Of a stretch of DNA of 64,000 nt, positions 57,291-64,000 are shown in pieces (the stretch's first letter is position 1; each line of letters starts with the position of its first letter). The notes under the pieces were generated by a model, which saw nothing but the letters and a program-made list of their open reading frames with translations, made no database searches and had not been told where the DNA came from. Source of the DNA: Verrucomicrobiota bacterium. Lineage in GTDB: Bacteria > Verrucomicrobiota > Kiritimatiellia > CAIQIC01 > JAGNIJ01. A program made the position numbers and the translations under genes. The stretch is taken from positions 20,707 to 84,706 of the forward strand of contig JAZDKK010000026.1 in the NCBI GenBank assembly GCA_043803015.1, written 5' to 3'.

Positions 57291-59072
57291 TCAGCGCGCC
57301 TTCTTGAACTCGATGCTGGAGATGTCGAAACCCCCAACCGTGAAGCGGGCTTCCAGCACGTGCTGGCCGGCCGTCAGGTTGAACCCCTTGACGGTGGTGG
57401 CGCGGAAGTTGTCCCATCCGCCCGTTTTCGGAACCGAGATGACCGACGTCAGCGGCGCGCCGTCCCAGTACAACTGGAGTCGGCCGGTCGAGTTCGGGCT
57501 GGCCGTGCGAATGTAGATGTCGTACTTGGCGGCCTGCGACACGTTGACCGTGAACTTCAGCCGCTCGTTGCTGTCGACCCAGCTGACCTTGAAGCCGCCG
57601 GCTTCTGAGGTCGTGTTGACGTCCACGCCGTCGTTCCGATACTTCCAGCCGCTGTTGTACGGCGCGCCGTAGAGACCGTCCGGGTTCTTGTAGCGAGTAT
57701 CGGAGTACGCAAGGCCCTGGTTCCCCACGTCGTAGTTCACGCAGTTGATCTTGCAGGGGAGGGTGTGCGTCACGAACGCGTACGGCTGCGTGTTGAACTG
57801 GGGCGACAGCAGGGCGTCGAACCAGCCGGGGTCGAACGCGCACTTGGCCGTCAGTACGTTCGTCGCGCACTCCATCAGGCCCTTGTTTGCCCGGGTGGCG
57901 TTGATCGGCAAATCCCGGAAGTTATCGATCACATACTGGTAGTCGGGGGTGACGTAGGCAGAGAACGCGGAGGCGATGTTGTCTACCTTCTTGTACCCCC
58001 ACATGCACCATCCGATGTTGTTGGCTTCCAGGAGCTGGGCGAACTCGTACAGCCAGGGGTTCGAGTTCTCGCCGCTCTCCGTGACGCACAGCGGCACATT
58101 GTGCTGGATCGCCACGTCGAGGAACGGCTGGATCGTGGCCTGGGTGGTGGGCGTCCAGTACCGGTGGAAGCAGAGCACCATGTTTGAATCCCACGGCGGC
58201 ACCAGGCCCTCCAGGGAGCCGCCGAAGAGGTCTCCCCCAACCATGATGATGTGGTTCGCATCCACCTCGCGGATGGCGTCGGTGATCTGGATCAGGGCCG
58301 CGCGAAGATCTTCCACGCCGGCGTCGGCGGGAAGCCACGCCTCGTTCATCAGCTCGTACCCGAGGATGGCGGGCTCGTCCTTGTAGCGGTTGGCGATCTC
58401 GCGCCAGATGTCCGCGGTCCGCTGCTTGTTGAACTCCGGCGTGCGGCCCGTGGTCGCGTAGTAGTCGGCGTTCGATTGCCAGAGGCAGGGCACGCCGGTC
58501 TCCAGCCAGTTGGTGATGGCGTCGCTCCAGTACCAGTAGGTCCACTCCGGATCGGCGGGCCCGTCGTGCGACTGCCCGCCGGGGCAGGCGTGCATGTCCA
58601 GGATCACAGCCAGGTCGTTCGCCGCGCACCACTGGACGACCTTGTCCATGAAGGCGAAGCCTTCGGAGCTGTATTGGCCCGGGGTGTCTTGCGGGCTGAC
58701 CAGCCGGTAGTTGAAGGAGAAGCGGATCGTGTTGAAGCCTTCCGCGCTGAAGTCGGCCACGTCGGCCTGCGTCACGAAGTTGGACTGGAAGGTGTTCCAG
58801 AACTTGGCGGCGTTGGTTACGCCCACGATCTCTCGGATGCGCGTCTTGATGCTCGACTCCGAGCCGAGGTGGCGGCTGTGCACCGCGTTCAGGCGCAAGG
58901 CATACGCCTCCGTGTTCTGCCAGTGGCTGAGGTCGTTGCCCCTGATCTGGAAGGGCTGGCCGTCAGGCCCCAGGATGTTCCGCCCGGAACAGCTATAGTA
59001 AGGGCCCTGCGCGAAGGCGCTCAGGGCACAAAGACACAACGCAAGAACCGCAAGGACAGGATACTTTCTCAT
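57291..59072 (-). CDS. Secreted GH5 glycoside hydrolase with a C-terminal CBM6-like module
   Basis: Signal peptide; FNTIRFSFNY, ILDMHACPGGQ, GYELMNEA (acid/base), FHRYW, TESGEN (nucleophile); CBM6 LKFTVNV....Y...IR.AS...TGGWDNF. Confidence 0.9.
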   Translation of the reverse strand: MRKYPVLAVLALCLCALSAFAQGPYYSCSGRNILGPDGQPFQIRGNDLSHWQNTEAYALRLNAVHSRHLGSESSIKTRIREIVGVTNAAKFWNTFQSNFVTQADVADFSAEGFNTIRFSFNYRLVSPQDTPGQYSSEGFAFMDKVVQWCAANDLAVILDMHACPGGQSHDGPADPEWTYWYWSDAITNWLETGVPCLWQSNADYYATTGRTPEFNKQRTADIWREIANRYKDEPAILGYELMNEAWLPADAGVEDLRAALIQITDAIREVDANHIIMVGGDLFGGSLEGLVPPWDSNMVLCFHRYWTPTTQATIQPFLDVAIQHNVPLCVTESGENSNPWLYEFAQLLEANNIGWCMWGYKKVDNIASAFSAYVTPDYQYVIDNFRDLPINATRANKGLMECATNVLTAKCAFDPGWFDALLSPQFNTQPYAFVTHTLPCKINCVNYDVGNQGLAYSDTRYKNPDGLYGAPYNSGWKYRNDGVDVNTTSEAGGFKVSWVDSNERLKFTVNVSQAAKYDIYIRTASPNSTGRLQLYWDGAPLTSVISVPKTGGWDNFRATTVKGFNLTAGQHVLEARFTVGGFDISSIEFKKAR

Positions 59073-59202
59073 GACAACCTCCGATACGTCTGAACTTCTC
59101 TGAACTTCTAGGATCTACTCATGAACAAAACCGGGAACGTTCCCAGCATTGGTACGCCTATCACGGGACCGGTCCCGTGTAAAGCAGAATCTGAAGAAAA
59201 GA

Positions 59203-59814
59203 TTAGGCGGGCCAATCCGCGGGCCCGCGGGCCAGCATCTCGCCCCATGCCGCCGCGGCTTTCCGCAGGGCGCGGCCGCGGTGCGAAATGGCGTTCTTGG
59301 CCCCCGGCTCCATCTCGGCAAAGGTCACGGTGTGACCCTCCGGGAGAAACACCGGGTCGTAGCCGAACCCGCGACGGCCCCTCTCCTCCTGGCCGATCCG
59401 CCCCTCGCACCGGCCCTCGACCGTGCACGCTTTTCCGTCCGGGCTCGAGAGCGCAATGACGCAGCGGAAGCGTGCCCGCCGGTCCCCCACCCCGTCGAGT
59501 TCGCCCAGCAGCTTCCGGTTGTTCGCAGGGTAGCTCACCGGCTCGCCGGCGTACCGGGCCGAAAGGACGCCGGGCCGGCCACCCAGGGCGTCCACCTCCA
59601 GACCGGAGTCGTCGGCCAGCGACCATAGACCGGTCGCCCGCGCCAGCGTAACCGCCTTCTTGACGGCGTTCGCCTCGAACGTCGGCCCGTCTTCTTCCAC
59701 GTCGGGGATGTCCGGGAAGTCCAGCGCGCTCACGATCTCCAGGCCGGGCACCTGGAAGATCTCGCGGATTTCCGCCAGCTTGTGCCGGTTACGCGTGGCG
59801 ATGACGATCTTCAT
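59203..59814 (-). CDS. rdgB: dITP/XTP pyrophosphatase (RdgB/HAM1)
   Basis: IATRNRHKLAE, TFEANA..KA, LADDSGLEVDAL.G.PGV.SARY, GFGYDPVF, KN.ISHRG.A. Confidence 0.96.
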   Translation of the reverse strand: MKIVIATRNRHKLAEIREIFQVPGLEIVSALDFPDIPDVEEDGPTFEANAVKKAVTLARATGLWSLADDSGLEVDALGGRPGVLSARYAGEPVSYPANNRKLLGELDGVGDRRARFRCVIALSSPDGKACTVEGRCEGRIGQEERGRRGFGYDPVFLPEGHTVTFAEMEPGAKNAISHRGRALRKAAAAWGEMLARGPADWPA

Positions 59815-59898
59815 GCGCCTACGAGGATAACCGCGAACGGACGGGAATCAACCCTTCGATGGACTGGGGGCTGGCGCGAAGGCGCGGAGGGGGCCGCC

Positions 59899-62800
59899 TT
59901 ACTCCAGCTGGATCCTGTAGAAGAGCGGGCCCTCGCCGGAGGCTGGGTTCGTGTAGGCGTTCTCGTCCGGCGTGGCAGCCTGGTTGGTGGCGATCGGGGT
60001 GAAATCGGGGTCCACCAGACGGGACGCACGAACGACCCTGTAGGACTTGTTCGTAACGCTGCTCCACCGAATGATCACCTCGTCCGGCCGCGGTTCGCAG
60101 GACACGATTCGGAGCAGGGAGGACGTGTTCGTGGGATTCGTGCCCGCGAGACGTTCGTGCGAGTCGATGAAGTGGTCTGCGTCGGCGTCGCCGTACGGGG
60201 AGAAGCACGCCAGCGAAGCACAGTAGCTGAGTTCCCAGGAATCCGGCAGGCCATCGGCATCGGCATCGCCGATCAGGTCCTGGATCTCCTCCTGGGTCAG
60301 GGCCACGCGGTAGATCCGGACCTCGTCCATGACGCCGTCGAACGGCTCCGCGGCGCCGGGCGGGTTGGCTCCGATCCACGCCTGCACGCTGTCGTTGCTG
60401 CTGAGCCCGCCGCTCTTCGCCGTGCTGCCCGCGAGCGCTCCGTCCTGGTAGAGCATCATCGCGCTGCCGTCGTACACGGCGGCGATGTGAATCCAGTTGC
60501 CGTTCGTCAGATTCTTGCCCGTGTCGGCGATGAGCGTCGTGGTCGTCCCGCCGGTCTTAAGGCGGAACCTGAGGCGGTCCGTGTCGTCGTACGAGCTCAG
60601 CATCCAGTAGTGATCCTGCTCCGCCGTGCCCGTGGCCTTCGAGACGAACCGAATGTCTCCGTTGAGCGAATCCGCCTTGATCCATGCCGTGATGGTCATG
60701 CACGTGCCCGGGATGTCCAGGGTGCCCGCCGTAACGCGGTCGTCCGTGCCGTCGAAGTCCAGGCCGCCTCCGATCCGCGCGGCGGTCCAGGCCGCGCCGA
60801 CTACGGTGCCGGTATGCCCGTGGCCCGAGGAGTCGTCCGCGACGCTTCCCGCCCCTTCGTCAAACGCCCAGTAGGCGACCAGGGTCGAGCCGGGCTCGAC
60901 GACGTTCAGCGTGACGCTCACCGCCTGCGTGGCGTTCAGGACACCGGGGTTCGTGGCCGTGACCGTGATGGTCCCGCCGTAGGAGCCCGCCGGCAGGTCC
61001 GACGAGTGGAAGCTCACGGTGATCGTGTCGCTCTCGCCCGCGACCGACCCGCCCACCGGGCTGACAGACATCCAGCCGGCATTGGTCGTGATAACGTACT
61101 GTATCGTGCCCGTTCCGGCGTTGGAGACCCCGAGACTCCGGGCGGGCGCGTCGTTCGAAACGGCGCCGGTCGTCGACAGGGCCACCGGATCGACCGCCAG
61201 CTGGGGCGGGCCCGGCGGCGCAGCAAAGAGATCCACCGCGTCGTTGCGCCAAATGTGCAGGTACTGGTACGCGTCGTAGGCGATGCTCACGATGTCCAGG
61301 TCGCCGTCGCTGTCGAGGTCCGCCAGCCGTGAGCCCAGGTGGCTCTCGCGGCCCAAGCTGACCTGGTGCCCCGCCCATCCCGCCGCGTTCGTCTGGTTCT
61401 CCCACACGATCACCTTCAGGTCACCGCGATGCTCGCCGGTGACCACGTCGAGGTCCCCGTCGTTGTCCACGTCGCCCACGTCCTTGCTGTTCGTGCTCCC
61501 CTGCGTCGCGATCGTGCGCCGGGTCCAGTTCCCGTTCGTGGCCACGGCCGGCCGCTCGAACCAGTAGGTTTCCGCGCCGCTGGAAATGCCGTTCTCGACG
61601 CTGACGATTACGTCGAGTCGGTTGTCGTTGTTCAGATCGCCCACGTTGATCCGGTCGCACCACTCGCCCGATGTGTCCCCGAGTGCGTGCCGCAGCCAGT
61701 TGCTGGAGCCGTCGCCGGGGTTCTCCCACCAGGCCACCTGGTCGCCGCTCCCGCCGTACGCGGCCACCACGTCGTCGTCGCCGTCGCTGTCGATGTCCCC
61801 GGCCGCGAGGCCGTCCTCAGCGACGGCGTCCGCCGTGATTTGCACCTTGGGCCAGCTGCCGGCGGCGGGATTGGTGGGGACGCGGAAATAGAAGAGGCCT
61901 GCGGTCGCCCCCCCAACGGTGCCGGCCGCGTAAACGATTTCAGCCAGGCCGCCTGTCACGACCTGCGCCGTCCGGTAGCCCTGGCTGTTCTGGTGCTCTG
62001 TCGTCGGCAGGGTCCCGATGAGGGTGGACGACCACGAGTCGGCGAGGGCGGACGCGGGCTTGAGCCAGTACACGTTGGGGAGGTCCTGCGCGATGACATC
62101 AGGCCGCCCGTTCGTGTCGACGTCCAGCACGAGGTTCGCATCGAGCGTCGAACTGCCGGGAAGCGTGATCCGCGTCCACGCGTCCGTCATGACGCCGCCG
62201 GGGTTGATGTAGAAGTAGCGGCCGGAGGCGATGTCCAGGTAGCCGTCGCCGTTGACGTCGCCGAACGCCAGGCCGAAGTCCACGTTCCCGCGGCTGGAGT
62301 CAGCCTGGACATACGTCCAGTTGTCCAGCGCCAGCAGGCCGTCCTCGACCGTCACCTGCACCGCTGCGGAGGTGGCGATGGCGCCGGAATTGTCTGTGGC
62401 CCGGGCCATCAGCTCGACGACGCCCGTGGCCGTGGTCCCCCAGCCAACGAAATAGGGAGCCAGCGAGTCCTCGCCCAGCTTGTTCGTGCCGCTGTAGAAC
62501 TCGACCTCGGCGACCGAGCCGTTGCCATCAAAGGCGTGGGCCGACAGCCTGACCGTCGCCCCCAGGTGGAACACCGCGTTGGGGGCCGGCCTGCGGAGGG
62601 CCACCGCCGGCGGGACATTCGTGGCGGAAACGGTGGTATTGCTCCAGACCGTGGCGGGCGGCGGCTGGCCGATCCAGCCGCTGCCGAAGAGGTCCATGTC
62701 GTGGTCGTTCCCGATGTCGCCGACCCGCAGGTTGTGCGCGCCCGGCGAACCGGACACGACCTGCTCGGAGAACGTCGGCGTCGCCCCGCCCTGGTTCAGC

Positions 62801-63759
62801 CAGAGAACGACCTCCCCTCCGCCCGGAGCGATGTTCTCGAGACCCAGCGCCAGGTCCACCAGCCCGTCGTTGTTGAAATCGGCCGCGCTGAGCTTGTGGC
62901 TTCCCGAGCTGTTGTCGATGACGTGCTTGGTCCACGCGCCGCTGAGGACGTTCGTCGGCGCCTCGTACCAGGCGAACTCGCCGCCGGTGTGCAGGGGGCA
63001 CATGACCACGTCCGGCCGCCCGTCTGCGTTGAGGTCTGCGACCAGCGTGGCGATCTCGCTGCCGGACACCGATCCGATCGTTCGCGTCCTGATCGTCCCG
63101 TTCAGCGGATCGGCCGGCATTTCGTACCACCGCCCGGCCGCCGCGAGATCAAGGTCGCCGTCTCCGTCCACATCGCCCAGCCCCAGCCCTTCGCCCGAGG
63201 TCAGACCGACCTCTGTTCCGACATCTCTCGACACCCAGTTGGTCGGCGTGCTCTGCATCCACAGCATGAAGGCGCCGCCGCGGGTCACGACATCCGGCGC
63301 GCCATCGTTGTTCACATCGCCGACGTCGACGTCGTGGGCGTAGTAGCCGACGGTGTCGATCGCGTGGCGCGTCCAGGAGGTGACGCCGGTGGGATTGGAC
63401 GCGGGCCGCGGGTTCTCGAACCACGCCAGGTCGCCGCCGCTGCCGCCGTCCGGCACAATGATGTCCGCATCGCCGTCGCCGTCCACATCACCCGCCTGCA
63501 TGTCGGTGGTGAATTCGACCCGGGCCTCGGCCACGCGGTACTTGGTCCACCCCGGGTAGCGGTACCAGTACATATCGACGGACGTGTCACCGCCCACGAC
63601 CACGTCGAGGAACCCGTCCCCGTCGAAATCCGCGATGGCCTTCACGTCCCCGCTCATCGCGGCGTCGATCACGGCCGCGGTGAACGGCACGGCCTCAGCC
63701 GCCGTGCCGACGGCGAGGGCGAGCAGACTGACCAGCAACAGGTGCTGCCGCGCGATCAT
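59899..63759 (-). CDS. Large secreted protein: two FG-GAP/VCBS propellers, Ig (Big-7-like), BACON-like and LamG domains, C-terminal DxDxDG/FYR module
   Basis: Signal peptide; 7+7 xDxxxDGxxDxx repeats; N.PP.VAL..P Ig; LVAYWAFDEGAG...WIHIAAVYDG...MDEVRIY..AL (LamG). Confidence 0.88.
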   Translation of the reverse strand: MIARQHLLLVSLLALAVGTAAEAVPFTAAVIDAAMSGDVKAIADFDGDGFLDVVVGGDTSVDMYWYRYPGWTKYRVAEARVEFTTDMQAGDVDGDGDADIIVPDGGSGGDLAWFENPRPASNPTGVTSWTRHAIDTVGYYAHDVDVGDVNNDGAPDVVTRGGAFMLWMQSTPTNWVSRDVGTEVGLTSGEGLGLGDVDGDGDLDLAAAGRWYEMPADPLNGTIRTRTIGSVSGSEIATLVADLNADGRPDVVMCPLHTGGEFAWYEAPTNVLSGAWTKHVIDNSSGSHKLSAADFNNDGLVDLALGLENIAPGGGEVVLWLNQGGATPTFSEQVVSGSPGAHNLRVGDIGNDHDMDLFGSGWIGQPPPATVWSNTTVSATNVPPAVALRRPAPNAVFHLGATVRLSAHAFDGNGSVAEVEFYSGTNKLGEDSLAPYFVGWGTTATGVVELMARATDNSGAIATSAAVQVTVEDGLLALDNWTYVQADSSRGNVDFGLAFGDVNGDGYLDIASGRYFYINPGGVMTDAWTRITLPGSSTLDANLVLDVDTNGRPDVIAQDLPNVYWLKPASALADSWSSTLIGTLPTTEHQNSQGYRTAQVVTGGLAEIVYAAGTVGGATAGLFYFRVPTNPAAGSWPKVQITADAVAEDGLAAGDIDSDGDDDVVAAYGGSGDQVAWWENPGDGSSNWLRHALGDTSGEWCDRINVGDLNNDNRLDVIVSVENGISSGAETYWFERPAVATNGNWTRRTIATQGSTNSKDVGDVDNDGDLDVVTGEHRGDLKVIVWENQTNAAGWAGHQVSLGRESHLGSRLADLDSDGDLDIVSIAYDAYQYLHIWRNDAVDLFAAPPGPPQLAVDPVALSTTGAVSNDAPARSLGVSNAGTGTIQYVITTNAGWMSVSPVGGSVAGESDTITVSFHSSDLPAGSYGGTITVTATNPGVLNATQAVSVTLNVVEPGSTLVAYWAFDEGAGSVADDSSGHGHTGTVVGAAWTAARIGGGLDFDGTDDRVTAGTLDIPGTCMTITAWIKADSLNGDIRFVSKATGTAEQDHYWMLSSYDDTDRLRFRLKTGGTTTTLIADTGKNLTNGNWIHIAAVYDGSAMMLYQDGALAGSTAKSGGLSSNDSVQAWIGANPPGAAEPFDGVMDEVRIYRVALTQEEIQDLIGDADADGLPDSWELSYCASLACFSPYGDADADHFIDSHERLAGTNPTNTSSLLRIVSCEPRPDEVIIRWSSVTNKSYRVVRASRLVDPDFTPIATNQAATPDENAYTNPASGEGPLFYRIQLE

Positions 63760-63849
63760 GGCACTACTAGGGATAGCTGTTGGCACCGAAGGTGTTAACG
63801 GCGGGGCGTGTTTTTTCCTGGCGCATGCGGGGGAGCCGGCACTTCCCCC

Positions 63850-63878
63850 TTGCCCGGGATGCGGCCGGCGGGTATCTT
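63850..63878 (+). promoter_or_regulatory. sigma70-like promoter of tRNA-Leu
   Basis: TTGCCC-N17-TATCTT. Confidence 0.55.
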
Positions 63879-63901
63879 ACCTCGTGTTCCCGCCGTCCCG
63901 T

Positions 63902-63985
63902 GCTCGGGTGGTGGAATGGCAGACACGCATGTTTGAGGGGCATGTGCCGAAAGGCGTGGGGGTTCGACTCCCCCCCCGAGCACCA
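63902..63985 (+). tRNA. tRNA-Leu(GAG)
   Basis: Acceptor GCTCGGG/CCCGAGC, A73, CCA; anticodon loop TT-GAG-GG; GGTTCGACTCC T-loop; variable arm. Confidence 0.96.
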
Positions 63986-64000
63986 TCCTTCGCTCCTCGC

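Noticed and set aside
59090-59110. TGAACTTCT direct repeat upstream of the GH5 gene
   Set aside because: Only two 9-10 bp copies and no other occurrence noticed; too weak to call an operator.
61339-63798. 819-aa plus-strand ORF (and similar long ORFs at 5411, 31691, 36749, 50455)
   Set aside because: Antisense or alternative-frame shadows of well-supported genes. Only the 3' part of 36749 (from 37850) is a real gene.

Overview
High-GC bacterial chromosomal window with no prophage, integrase, transposase, rRNA or CRISPR array. The lineage is probably PVC (Kiritimatiellia/Verrucomicrobia-like); this is inferred from the protein families and repeat types and is not verified. Core genes dominate: ilvD, zwf-pgl, rplM-rpsI, a long argJ-argB-argD-argG-lysA-dapA-dapB-folK-panB-panC run, hpt, aroK, aroE, pilD, leuA, rdgB, tRNA-Ser(CGA) and tRNA-Leu(GAG). 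These are interspersed with secreted CAZymes and surface proteins (GH13, GH5-CBM6, a beta-helix protein, an FG-GAP protein) and peptidoglycan-recycling genes (namZ, a MurU-AmgK fusion). The most unusual items are: (1) a coupled operon of a DUF350-like membrane protein, a glutathionylspermidine-synthase-like ATP-grasp ligase and an unknown protein with a GGFGG tail; (2) a complete Leu-codon attenuator upstream of leuA that the ORF track misses; (3) single-gene cassettes (GxxExxY, four-helix bundle) bracketed by inverted short-period repeats that start at host stop codons, plus gene-less versions of the same architecture; (4) TTCCAA-N3-TTGGAA palindromes phased at 31 bp at three loci; (5) 28-40 bp mini-elements nested inside REP hairpins, one of them in-frame inside a protein; (6) a divergent sigma70-family gene split by one in-frame TAG; (7) a C-terminal module shared by two unrelated secreted proteins. 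All product calls come from motif recognition by eye; no database searches were run.
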